From positions 1-40,694 of the forward strand of contig JAUWRB010000001.1 in NCBI GenBank assembly GCA_030610785.1: a stretch of DNA of 40,694 nucleotides, read 5' to 3'. This stretch comes from Promethearchaeota archaeon (GTDB lineage: Archaea > Asgardarchaeota > Lokiarchaeia > Sigyniarchaeales > SOKP01). Of the stretch, positions 1 through 9,474 are shown piece by piece; position 1 is the first letter of the stretch; every line of letters begins with the position of its first letter. Under the pieces are notes generated by a model that did not search any database, had not been told where the DNA came from, and saw only the letters and a list, made by a program, of their open reading frames with translations. The translations under genes and the position numbers were made by a program.

Positions 1-1946
1 TCAAACTCAATATTAGATATTTCTATTTTATTCAAATTCAAATTTAAAAACCTAAAAGCGTTCCAAATTTTAGTTAAAAATCGAGAAGCTCCCGTTAACT
101 GTTCATAGCGTTTACGATATTTCTTATTGAATTTGTTTTTCGGTAATTTTTCCATTTCTTTTTTAATATTATCATCTGATATTGGTTGCTTTGTCTGAAT
201 ATTAATCCAAGTATATGTGAAAGGATAATCATCTCCAAGTGTACCTAATGCTGACCATTGTCTAAGTGCATCTGCTCCAAATTCTGGCATGATTTCATCC
301 GGAGATATAATATTGCCGAAACTTTTTGACATCTTCCTCAAGTCAGGTCCAGCAACCATTCCGTTTATCATTATTTCGTAAAATGGTGCTTTTCCGGTTA
401 ATTTTTTACATCTGAATAGAGTATAAAATAACCACGTTCGAATGATTTCATAACCCTGTGGACGATGAACTTTTGCGTCTAAATAAGTTTTCTTAAAAAA
501 GGTATCATCTTCTAACCATTTAGAAATAGCTAATGGTGTGATACTTGAATCAATCCAACAATCACAAACATCCTTTTCTCCTACAATGTTTTTACTTTTA
601 CATTTCGGACATTGCTTCATTGGAGGTGATGTTTTTACCGGATCTAATGGCAAATCTTCAGCTTTAGGAGGAATTATTTCTCCACAATCATTACAATACC
701 AAAACGGAATTGGCGTGCCAAAAACTCGCTGACGTGATATTACCCAATTCCAATCTAATCCTTCACACCAATCTATTAATCGTTGTTTATGTTTTTCAGG
801 ATACCACTTCATGAGTTCCCCGGATTCAATGATTTCATCCTTAAAATCTTTAACATTTATGAACCATTGATAAACTGGTAAAAATTCGATTGGTTTTCTA
901 CACGATCCCCTTTCTGAATGTATGACTAATCTATGCTCGTAATCCTCTATTTTTTCAATTAATCCCATTATTTCAAGATCTTTGACTATTTGTTTTCGAG
1001 TTTCTAAGATTGTGAGCCCTTTATATTTTGAATTTTTGTTCATGTGGCCATCTTCTGTAAAAATTTGAATCTCATCTAAATCGTATTCCAATTTCCATTT
1101 AATATCCATCTCGTCTCCATAAGTACAACAATACACTATCCCCGTCCCAAAATTCATATCTACATTTCTGTCCATTTGAATACGAACTGTTCGATTTGTT
1201 AATGGAATTTCAACTTCTGCAGCAGAAAGGTGATAAAAGCGCTCATCGTTCGGGTGAATAAATACTCCAACACATGCCTCCATATATTCGGGTCTGGTAG
1301 TTGCAATTGATATATATTCGTTTTTTCCTCCAACAATAGGTAATTTTATATACCATAACATTCCCTTTTCATCACTATAACCGACTTCTGCTTTTGCAAC
1401 GGATGTTTGACAATTGACGCAAAAATGAGTTGGAAATTTTTCTCTATATAACCATCCTTTTTCGTGATAAAATAATAGAGATCTCTGAACTTTTAATTTA
1501 TAATCGTCGTTCATCGTCCGATAAGTATAATTCCAATCAGTTGAATATCCTAATTTATCGAACTGAATTGACATGTTCTTTATATTATCATTAACCCATT
1601 CAATGCACTTGACTAAAAATTTTTCTCTATCGTCCTTAGAAATACCATAATTCGCCTCTACAGCCAGTTCTACAGGCAGACCGTGGCAGTCCCATCCTTG
1701 CGGGAAAAATACATTTTCACCTTTCATCTTATGATATCTTGCCACAAAATCTATCCATGAGTGATTTAAAATGTGACCCAAGTGTAGAGTTCCACTAACA
1801 AACGGTGGAGGCGTATCAATTGAAAAAATGTCTCCGTTGGCGTTAATGTCGAATTTATAAATTTTTTCATCTCGCCAATATTTGATCCATTTTTTTTGAA
1901 CATCATTAAAATTAAATCGTCTTGGATAATTGTTTTCTTGTGTCAT
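1..1946 (-). CDS. valS: Valyl-tRNA synthetase, 5' part (N-terminal ~648 aa); the C-terminus lies beyond the window start
   Basis: Not in the ORF track because it runs off the window. My translation of the reverse strand from the ATG (complement of 1944-1946) gives MTQENNYPRRFNFNDVQKKWIKYWRDEKIYKFDI...FSIDTPPPFVSGTLHLGHILNHSW (HIGH-type motif in the ValRS-like context IDTPPPxxSGxLHxGH), then WDCHGLP, RPQGYEIIRTW and KMSKSFGN (KMSKS). These are class Ia aaRS motifs and match the archaeal ValRS pattern best. Confidence 0.85.
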   Translation of the reverse strand, partial: MTQENNYPRRFNFNDVQKKWIKYWRDEKIYKFDINANGDIFSIDTPPPFVSGTLHLGHILNHSWIDFVARYHKMKGENVFFPQGWDCHGLPVELAVEANYGISKDDREKFLVKCIEWVNDNIKNMSIQFDKLGYSTDWNYTYRTMNDDYKLKVQRSLLFYHEKGWLYREKFPTHFCVNCQTSVAKAEVGYSDEKGMLWYIKLPIVGGKNEYISIATTRPEYMEACVGVFIHPNDERFYHLSAAEVEIPLTNRTVRIQMDRNVDMNFGTGIVYCCTYGDEMDIKWKLEYDLDEIQIFTEDGHMNKNSKYKGLTILETRKQIVKDLEIMGLIEKIEDYEHRLVIHSERGSCRKPIEFLPVYQWFINVKDFKDEIIESGELMKWYPEKHKQRLIDWCEGLDWNWVISRQRVFGTPIPFWYCNDCGEIIPPKAEDLPLDPVKTSPPMKQCPKCKSKNIVGEKDVCDCWIDSSITPLAISKWLEDDTFFKKTYLDAKVHRPQGYEIIRTWLFYTLFRCKKLTGKAPFYEIMINGMVAGPDLRKMSKSFGNIISPDEIMPEFGADALRQWSALGTLGDDYPFTYTWINIQTKQPISDDNIKKEMEKLPKNKFNKKYRKRYEQLTGASRFLTKIWNAFRFLNLNLNKIEISNIEF

Positions 1947-2063
1947 CCTAAAGTCAAATAAATTCCTATTTAGAGGGATAATTATTATAAAAAAGTATAA
2001 TGATTAATGATTTTATAAATTTATTCAATAAATTTTGTTTTGAATGTATGGGATTAAAAAAAG

Positions 2064-2165
2064 TGGACCTGACGGGATTTGAACCCGTGGCCTCTTGATT
2101 GCGAACCAAGCGAAACATGCTGGCCAGAATTTGAATCCAACAATCTGCGACTAATCTACAGGCCC
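2064..2165 (-). tRNA. tRNA-Ala (anticodon CGC), 102 nt, with about 29 extra nt between the acceptor/D 5' side and the anticodon stem (non-canonical intron or introns); no encoded CCA
   Basis: The reverse complement reads GGGCCTG-TAGATTAGTCGCAGATTGTTGGATTCAAATTCTGGCCAGCATGTTTCG-CTTGG-TTCGCAA-TCAAG-AGGCC-ACGGG-TTCAAAT-CCCGT-CAGGTCC-A. It has a 7-bp acceptor stem including the G3:U70 alanine identity pair. The anticodon arm has loop TTCGCAA (CGC). The T arm has a GTTCAAATC loop. The D region is 48 nt instead of about 19. Confidence 0.6.
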
Positions 2166-2422
2166 ATTAAAAATGTAAGTTTTATTACTAATATATTTTT
2201 TAAAAAATTTACATGACTAAAAATATTTTACAATTTAAGATTAAAATAAAATTAGACTGCTTTTTTAATTAAAAAAAAAAATTAAAAATATTTTTTTAGT
2301 AAGAGCTAATTTTTTTTTCTATATACTCTTTATCAATAATCTGATACTACTTATATTTTTAGTGAAAATCGTAAAAGTGTGTGGTTATGCTATGATTATC
2401 ACATATTGAGAAGATAATCTCA

Positions 2423-3349
2423 TTAACCCCCTCCAATTTTTACAATTAATCCCTTTGATTCTAAAAATAGTTTGAATTCTTGTATTTTTTTTTTTTCAGT
2501 AAGAGGAATATTTTTTAACTCATAATTCATACCTAATCGTTCGTATTTTTTTTCAGCTAATCTGTGGTAAGGTAAAATGTGAATTTCAAGAAGAGCTAAT
2601 TTTTTCATTAATTCAGCTAGTTTCGAAAAAAAATTCATGTTATCGTTAATATTCGACACTATTGGAACTCGAATAACAATATTTTTAAATTTATTTTTTA
2701 CAAGTTTTTTTAAATTTGACAGAATAACATCATTAGTAACTCCTGTATATTTCTCATGTTCATCGCTATTTAAAAGTTTTATATCGTAATAAAGAAGATC
2801 AACATTTGGAAGGATCTTCTCAAAGTAATCCCATTTAGCGTGTCCACACGTTTCAATTACAGCATGTATTTTTTCATCTTTACATTTTTTTAAAAAATCA
2901 GCCAAAAATTCAGGTTGGTAAAAAGGTTCTCCACCAGATATTGTAATTCCCCCGCCTGAATTCTCGTAATATAGCGCGTCTTTTTTAACAATATTTAAAA
3001 TCTCGTTTATTGGCATTTTTTTCCCAATTAATTGAATAGCTTGAGCAACACAATTTTTTACACAACTTAAAGAACAATTTGGTACCACGCATTTTTCACG
3101 ATTTATTCTACTAGCTTTTTTAAATTGTATCGCATCATGCTCACAAGCAGTTAAGCATTTTTTACAGCCGATACATTTTTCCTCCAAAAAAATTATATCT
3201 TCTGTTTTTTTCCATGATTCTGGATTTTGACACCATTTGCAGCGTAAAGGACAACCTTTCAAAAAAATTAGCGTTCTAATTCCAGGACCATCATGTACGG
3301 CATAACGTTGGATATCAAAAATTAATCCTTCTAAATTTTTTTCGTTCAT
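2423..3349 (-). CDS. Glycyl-radical enzyme activating protein (radical SAM, PflA/PflC-like family with extra ferredoxin-type clusters)
   Basis: CX3CX2C radical-SAM motif (GCPLRCKWCQNPE) near the N-terminus. Two additional Cys-rich ferredoxin-like motifs (CIGCKKCLTACEHD and CVVPNCSLSCVKNC). GGEP motif (ISGGEPF). It lies 75 nt downstream of the GRE on the same strand. Confidence 0.85.
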   Translation of the reverse strand: MNEKNLEGLIFDIQRYAVHDGPGIRTLIFLKGCPLRCKWCQNPESWKKTEDIIFLEEKCIGCKKCLTACEHDAIQFKKASRINREKCVVPNCSLSCVKNCVAQAIQLIGKKMPINEILNIVKKDALYYENSGGGITISGGEPFYQPEFLADFLKKCKDEKIHAVIETCGHAKWDYFEKILPNVDLLYYDIKLLNSDEHEKYTGVTNDVILSNLKKLVKNKFKNIVIRVPIVSNINDNMNFFSKLAELMKKLALLEIHILPYHRLAEKKYERLGMNYELKNIPLTEKKKIQEFKLFLESKGLIVKIGGG

Positions 3350-3424
3350 GATTACTATAACCCTAATAAGAAAAAAAGAATTAAAAGAAAAAAATCACAT
3401 GATATTATGATTAACATTCTGTTA

Positions 3425-5806
3425 TTAGCATTCTGTTCTATTAATAATATCTTCTTGTGCCACTTTTGATAATTCTGTAAACAATACAGAATATCCCGCA
3501 ACTCTTACAACCAGATCTCTATATTCATCTGGGTTTTTTTGAGCCTCCAGTAGTATTTCTTTGCCAACAATGTTAAATTGTACTTGAAATCCCCCATTAT
3601 AATTAAAAAATGTTCGAATAAGGGCCGGAAATTTGTCTATTATTAAGGAATTAGGATGAAAAGCTAAGATAAGTGAACTTCCATTAGAAATTAATAGATG
3701 ATCAAGTTTTTTAACCGAATTTAGAACTGCTGTGGGTCCATTTTTATCCATTCCATTAGTGGGACCAAGACCATTTGAGAGGGTATCTCTAGATTTCCTT
3801 CCATTTGCTGATGCCGCTGTAAATACACCAAATGCTAAATGAAAAGTAGTCGATAAGATTCCGGGATTGAATTGACCCCCTCGATTATTTTTATGTTTTA
3901 AAATCTCAGTGCAATATGCTTTTACAACATCAACAGCAATTGAATCAACATAATCGTCATCGTTTCCATATTTTGGAACATTATTAATGAAGATTTGTCT
4001 CCATTCACTTCCTTTTTTTCCTTGATAGGATCCTCTAAAGTTTTTCATGAGCATTTGGACTAAATCTTCAAATGGAAGGAGTTTTTCTTCAAATACCATT
4101 TGTTTTATTACTGCTAGACTATCTGCCACCGTAGCTAAACCAAGTAATTGTGCTCCTGTAAAATTATATATCGCACCTCCCTTAGTAACATCAAGACCGT
4201 TTTCTATGCAATTATCTGTTGTTGCAGATAAAAATGGTTGAGGAGTAAGTTCTGCAATAGCAGTATCGAGAGTATCCATGGTTAAAACCATGTATTTTAT
4301 AAAATATTTCATTTGATTAATGTATGCCTCCCATAGATCTTCGTAAGATGCAATTTCTTTATCATATTTTACACCATAATCAACTCTTGTAAACATGTCA
4401 ATTCCGTTTGTTAACGCTAATTCTAAACACTTTACAAGATTGAGTTGATTTGCGTTTGTTGACCCATACGATTTATATGGATGTTGAGGCTCTACACATC
4501 CAATGGGCGCATATTCTCGAGCATCTTCAAGAGTAAATCCAAGATCTTCTAGACTTTTTACCATTATATCGTCATTAAATAAAGCAATGCTAGATCCTGA
4601 CTTTATTGATTCCCCAACTTTAACAATAAAATCCTCTGGAGTTTTTTCGTGAATTCGAACGGAAAAAGTGGGTTGAACTGTTTTTAGATGAGTATAAGCA
4701 TCTAACATGATATGTGATAATTCTGTCGTTGCGTCATTACCTTTACGATCAAGTCCCCCGATAGTTAGATTTTCTGAGAGCGGAGGTCCTTCAGCAGCTA
4801 TAATGCCTTTGCTAATAACATAATTCCATAACATTGTAAGTTTAATATAAAAGCATTCAATTAAAAATTGAACTTCCTCATCTGAAATCTTTCCTTCACT
4901 TTTATCTTTTAAATAATATGGATACAAATATTGGTCCAATCGGCCAATACTTACTGCGAAACCACCATCTTCTAGACCACATATTAATTGATTAAAATAA
5001 ATGAGTTGAATTGCCTCTTTAAAAGAAGTTGGCAGATTTTCGGAAATATTTCGACAAATCTCAGAAATTTCAATAAGTTCTTTTTTCCGATCAATATTGG
5101 GCTCGTTTTTTGCCTCTCCTTCAGCTAAAAGTGAAAATCGTTGAATAAAATTTTTTACGGCCGTACAAAGAATGATAACAGATTGTAAAAAAACCCTTTT
5201 TTCGGTATCCTCCAAAGAAAAATTTTTTAACCTTTTTTCAGCCTTTTGAATTAAGCCTTTTATTCCATATTTAAAAACATTTTCATGGCCTATTAGGAAA
5301 TGGCCTACACCATTAACAAGCTCTACATCAACAAGAAAAACCAATTTTTCCATCATATTTTTTATATCTGGCTTTAAATATGATTGAAACCTTGCTTGAA
5401 CGGTTTGGTCTTCGTTCTTCCAATATGGAATTAACTCTTTTTTTATATAATCTCTCTCTTCATTAGAAAGGAATAATTTTTGTACTTCACGAGAATCGTA
5501 AGAATCACAATCTTGTTCTATTGTATCGATTCGAACTTCAGGATATAAAGGGGTTCCCATATATTTTGTAGAACGGTTACCGACAATGAATTCGTTGTCC
5601 CAAATAACGATTGTCATGTTTGTTAATAAATCCTCCATGGCTTTCGCAAATCGAATAATGGGATTTTCTCCTTTTGTTTTTTTGTATGATTCTGTAAAAA
5701 ATTTAGCTCTTTCAATACATATTTCATGTGGGTGATTAATTACTTTTTTTTTCATTAATTGAGTACATTTTTTATAATTGGGCTGAGGAATTTGTTCTAA
5801 TACCAT
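3425..5806 (-). CDS. Glycyl radical enzyme, PFL2/dehydratase-like class (single active-site Cys); substrate unknown
   Basis: 793 aa. C-terminal glycyl-radical fingerprint VVRVAGYSVLF (Gly codon at complement of 3494-3496). Active-site loop PIGCVEPQHP has one Cys followed by Glu (Cys codon at complement of 4495-4497). That is typical of the glycerol/diol dehydratase, HypD and CutC-like clade rather than the Cys-Cys of true pyruvate formate-lyase. Confidence 0.85.
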   Translation of the reverse strand: MVLEQIPQPNYKKCTQLMKKKVINHPHEICIERAKFFTESYKKTKGENPIIRFAKAMEDLLTNMTIVIWDNEFIVGNRSTKYMGTPLYPEVRIDTIEQDCDSYDSREVQKLFLSNEERDYIKKELIPYWKNEDQTVQARFQSYLKPDIKNMMEKLVFLVDVELVNGVGHFLIGHENVFKYGIKGLIQKAEKRLKNFSLEDTEKRVFLQSVIILCTAVKNFIQRFSLLAEGEAKNEPNIDRKKELIEISEICRNISENLPTSFKEAIQLIYFNQLICGLEDGGFAVSIGRLDQYLYPYYLKDKSEGKISDEEVQFLIECFYIKLTMLWNYVISKGIIAAEGPPLSENLTIGGLDRKGNDATTELSHIMLDAYTHLKTVQPTFSVRIHEKTPEDFIVKVGESIKSGSSIALFNDDIMVKSLEDLGFTLEDAREYAPIGCVEPQHPYKSYGSTNANQLNLVKCLELALTNGIDMFTRVDYGVKYDKEIASYEDLWEAYINQMKYFIKYMVLTMDTLDTAIAELTPQPFLSATTDNCIENGLDVTKGGAIYNFTGAQLLGLATVADSLAVIKQMVFEEKLLPFEDLVQMLMKNFRGSYQGKKGSEWRQIFINNVPKYGNDDDYVDSIAVDVVKAYCTEILKHKNNRGGQFNPGILSTTFHLAFGVFTAASANGRKSRDTLSNGLGPTNGMDKNGPTAVLNSVKKLDHLLISNGSSLILAFHPNSLIIDKFPALIRTFFNYNGGFQVQFNIVGKEILLEAQKNPDEYRDLVVRVAGYSVLFTELSKVAQEDIINRTEC

Positions 5807-5996
5807 TTTAATACACCAAAAATTATCATTTTCGTTTAATTTGAAATTTTAAGAAAAAACTTTTTTAAATTTAATCTTTTTAAATAAAACTATCACATTA
5901 AAAGTTATATAAATTTTTATTTTAATAGGAATAATTTATTTATTAAAAGTGAAAAAATGAAGTTATATTCATTAATTTTCAAAAATTCTTAAAATA

Positions 5997-6935
5997 ATGA
6001 GCAAAGAAAATTTTTCTAAACTTTTTAAAGAACGATTAATCAAAGACCTCTCTGAAGAACAAATAGATATAGTTTTATCAGGTCAATATGGGAAAGCTTT
6101 AGAATTACTAAGAGATGCTGAAGCAACAGGCTTGTTTCCTGCATTAGTAGGTCCGCCTGGTGTTGGAAAAACAATTTTATGCAGATATTTCGCTAGTCTA
6201 AGAGCAAAGGAGAATAAAAATAAAGGTTTTTATTGGTTAACTATGGATGAGAGCATCAAACCCTCAAATTTTATTGGATCTTTTGATCCCGCGATTACTT
6301 TACAAAAAGGCTTTGTACTCGAAGCTTTTAATTCGGGACCTCTTTTAAATGCGATGCTAGAAGGTGGTACGTTTTTAGCAAATGAAATCAATAGAGCAAC
6401 AGAATATTCACAGAATACATTATTGGAGCCTTTAGAAGAAGCTTCAATTGGAATACCCCATTTAGGGCGAATTAAAGCAGATAAAGATTTTTTCTTTATT
6501 TGTGCCATGAATCCAGAGGAGCTTTCAGGGACTCATAGATTATCAGAAGCATTAAAAGATCGAATAAAAATATGGATTCAATTAACTTATCCTGAAAAAT
6601 CAACAGAGTTAGATATAATAAGAATTAACCTTCCCGAGCATTTCGAGATAGAAGAATCCGAATTAGAAATAATATATTCAATTATTGAAGAGACAAGAAA
6701 AAATAAAATAGATATAGAGGTTCCCGCTTCTGTAAGAGCTGGAATTGCTATAGCGAAATTATTGGGAAGAAGAAGGCTTTTGGAAAAAGAAAAAAAAGTA
6801 AAAGAAAAAGAATCGGTTTATGTATATCTCTCTGAAATAGCCAGATATGTCTTATTAGGCAGTATTAAACCTAAACCAGGAGTAAAAGTAGATAATATTA
6901 TAGAAAGCATTATTCATAAAACTTTAGGAGCATAA
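5997..6935 (+). CDS. MoxR-like / AAA_5-type AAA+ ATPase
   Basis: Walker A GPPGVGKT (6150-6173). Walker B region FLANEINRA (Asn at the usual Asp position, 6381-6383). Sensor-like FFFICAMNPEE. LSEALKDRI arginine-finger-like region. Size of 312 aa is typical of MoxR. Confidence 0.8.
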   Translation: MSKENFSKLFKERLIKDLSEEQIDIVLSGQYGKALELLRDAEATGLFPALVGPPGVGKTILCRYFASLRAKENKNKGFYWLTMDESIKPSNFIGSFDPAITLQKGFVLEAFNSGPLLNAMLEGGTFLANEINRATEYSQNTLLEPLEEASIGIPHLGRIKADKDFFFICAMNPEELSGTHRLSEALKDRIKIWIQLTYPEKSTELDIIRINLPEHFEIEESELEIIYSIIEETRKNKIDIEVPASVRAGIAIAKLLGRRRLLEKEKKVKEKESVYVYLSEIARYVLLGSIKPKPGVKVDNIIESIIHKTLGA

Positions 6936-6943
6936 TACCTTAA

Positions 6944-9448
6944 GTGGGTAATAATATGGGAGTTTTTCCTGAAAATCCGTGTGAATTTGCGGTTGAATTT
7001 GTTCGAAGGATGAGAAATCATCCAGATATAATTCAGATACCTTCTTCCCGTCAAGTATTATCAATACCTAAATTAATTTTATCAAGATATTATCGTAAAG
7101 GGAATCTTAAACCAATCGATTTTATAGAAATAAGCACTGTTACCTCATTTCCGGATAATCAAAAATTAGCAAAAGATATTGCTTTTGAAATTCTTTTTCC
7201 AAATTATAAGAAAGATTTAATGACTTCATTTTTTGATAAAGATCTTAAACAAAATGATATAGACCCCAATGAATTATTAAAACCTGAAGAAAAATCAGAA
7301 TTAGATCAACTTCAAGATTTAATTGATGAAATCGAAACGTCAAAATCTGTCGATATTGACACTATAAAAGATTTAGAGAAATTTTTTGAAGAATTGAACC
7401 AAAAAAGAGAAGAAGAACCATATAAATCAGCATTAAACTTCTTTGATGATGATACCGAATTGTTTAAAGAAAAAATCACCTCTTTACAAGAATTAATTGA
7501 AGAAGCACGAAAAAGAATGGAACAAAAAATAAATTCCCTTAATCCAAATGATCTAAAAGCAGGCGCTAATTTAGACTTAAATGATTTAATTCAAGAAAAA
7601 TCTCTAAGAGAGTGGGAGAAATTAGCAAGTAAAGCTCTTGCGAATCAAGATATTACTAAAGACTTGGAAAAGTTAATGAATTCCTCCAATTTTGAAGATC
7701 TAATTCAATCAATGAAATTTTTAAATGAAACAAATGCAATATCCCAAAACCAAATGGATCAATTAATACAAGATTTAAAAAAAAAAATTAATAATTTAGA
7801 CCAATTATTTAATGCTGCTAAAAATTTAGGTGAAACTCCTCAATTTAATCAAGAAAAAGTTCTTAAAAATTCTTTACAACAGCATTCGTTTGAACACAAT
7901 TTCAATTTGGCAAACTCGTTAGATCAATATTTTGGTACTAATCTTAGAGGCCAAATGTTGGAAAAATTTAATCAACAACATCAAAACGCTCAAATGAACC
8001 TCTCACTAGAAACTTTAACTAAAGCAGCGTTAGCCAATAAAGCGTGGAATGAACTTTTTAATAAATCACTTCAGAAATCTATTAAAGATGCAATGGCTCA
8101 AAATAAAAGTAATGAGGCTCTTAAATCTCTCACACATCAAATGCAACAACTCATGAACTCTTGTCAAAATATGCATTCTAGTCAAAAAATGGCTCAAAAA
8201 CTTCCTGATCTTATAAAAAAGACTTTAGAATCTTGTGAAACCCCTGAACAATTAAAAAATTCAGTAGAATTCTTAAGAAAAATTGGCCTTCAACCTGAAT
8301 CAGAAGACATTAAAACAGCAGGAAAAAAACTAGAGATGCCTGATGATCAAATTTATGAATTAATTGAACCTAATTATCAATTACTTAAAAAATTAGTTGA
8401 GAAAAAAGCATCAAATTTTGAAAGATTAGAACGTTTAATGAATCAACTTAAAGATCAATTGAATTTTGATCGAATTAAGGAATTAATGGCTAATGCACTT
8501 TCTGCCGATAATAGAGAAGCATTAGGTGCTATGGGCCATTTTGATTTAAATGCTGCGTTAAAAAGTGCTGAACAAATCGGAGGCAAAGAAGGAATGGATA
8601 AAGTTGTTGCTTCACTACAAGCGGGTAGTGGAGAAAATCTTCTTAAACAATGGTTCCTTCATCGAAATAATTTACCTATAAAAGCTAAAGCCAAAGTAAA
8701 AGAATTAGCTAAAAAAATGTTAATTGAAATGGGAATTCATTACTCAAGAGCAAGACTTGGAAGCACTGTTTCTGGACCAATTCCAATAAATTTAGTAAGA
8801 CCATATACTATTGGAGATGATTTTGATAATATAGATTTAGAAGCGACTATTTTCAATTTATTAGAAAAAGGAAAAAAATTGGAGCATATTAATTACGACG
8901 ATTTCTTTGTTAATGAAACAGCAAAGGGCTTGAGAAGTTTGTGTCTTGAGTTAGATATTTCAGGAAGCATGTCTGGAGAAAAACTTTCATCAATGGCTAT
9001 TGCAGTGACAATGATTGTCTATAGTTTAAAGAAAGATGAATTAGCAATAACTTTTTTCGAATCTGACTTACATGTATTAAAAGAAATGAAAAAAAGTGTT
9101 AATTTAGAAGAACTAGCCGATGAATTGTTATCAGTAACAGCTAAAGGCGGTACAAGAGTCCAAGGTGCTCTTGAATGGGCAAGAGAACAATTTAAACGAG
9201 CAGATTCAAGAGATAAGTTGAATATTTTATTTACTGATGCGGAACTTTACGATCTTAACGAAGCAATAGAACAACTACGAATTTTCCGGTCTATGGGCGT
9301 TCATTTTATTTTAGTTTGTCCAGGCCAGTCATATAACCTTAAAGAAGCAACAAAAATGGTAAAAATTGCAGGCGGTCAATTAATGACAGTAGATAATTGG
9401 GAAGAATTTCCAAGCATGATTTCTGATATTATTAATTCAATGTTTTGA
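6944..9448 (+). CDS. von Willebrand factor A (vWA) domain protein with a long Q/N/K/E-rich helical N-terminal region
   Basis: C-terminal vWA domain with a complete-looking MIDAS: LDISGSMSG (DxSxS, 8954-8968), TAKGGT, LFTDAE. The GTG start is 9 nt after the MoxR stop (an alternative ATG is at 6956). About 600 aa of predicted coiled-coil/low-complexity sequence lies upstream of the vWA domain. Confidence 0.75.
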   Translation: MGNNMGVFPENPCEFAVEFVRRMRNHPDIIQIPSSRQVLSIPKLILSRYYRKGNLKPIDFIEISTVTSFPDNQKLAKDIAFEILFPNYKKDLMTSFFDKDLKQNDIDPNELLKPEEKSELDQLQDLIDEIETSKSVDIDTIKDLEKFFEELNQKREEEPYKSALNFFDDDTELFKEKITSLQELIEEARKRMEQKINSLNPNDLKAGANLDLNDLIQEKSLREWEKLASKALANQDITKDLEKLMNSSNFEDLIQSMKFLNETNAISQNQMDQLIQDLKKKINNLDQLFNAAKNLGETPQFNQEKVLKNSLQQHSFEHNFNLANSLDQYFGTNLRGQMLEKFNQQHQNAQMNLSLETLTKAALANKAWNELFNKSLQKSIKDAMAQNKSNEALKSLTHQMQQLMNSCQNMHSSQKMAQKLPDLIKKTLESCETPEQLKNSVEFLRKIGLQPESEDIKTAGKKLEMPDDQIYELIEPNYQLLKKLVEKKASNFERLERLMNQLKDQLNFDRIKELMANALSADNREALGAMGHFDLNAALKSAEQIGGKEGMDKVVASLQAGSGENLLKQWFLHRNNLPIKAKAKVKELAKKMLIEMGIHYSRARLGSTVSGPIPINLVRPYTIGDDFDNIDLEATIFNLLEKGKKLEHINYDDFFVNETAKGLRSLCLELDISGSMSGEKLSSMAIAVTMIVYSLKKDELAITFFESDLHVLKEMKKSVNLEELADELLSVTAKGGTRVQGALEWAREQFKRADSRDKLNILFTDAELYDLNEAIEQLRIFRSMGVHFILVCPGQSYNLKEATKMVKIAGGQLMTVDNWEEFPSMISDIINSMF

Positions 9449-9474
9449 ACTATATAAAATCAATATAAAAAAAA

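Noticed and set aside
538-732. 64-aa plus-strand ORF from the track
   Set aside because: It lies entirely antisense within the well-supported valS coding region (minus strand). It has no recognisable motif and is a shadow ORF.
2166-2422. Possible repeat array or CRISPR-like structure in the A/T-tract-rich spacer between the tRNA and the GRE activase
   Set aside because: It contains only homopolymeric A/T runs and simple AT-rich sequence, with no regularly spaced direct repeats of 24-40 nt. I saw no CRISPR-like periodicity here or anywhere else in the window.
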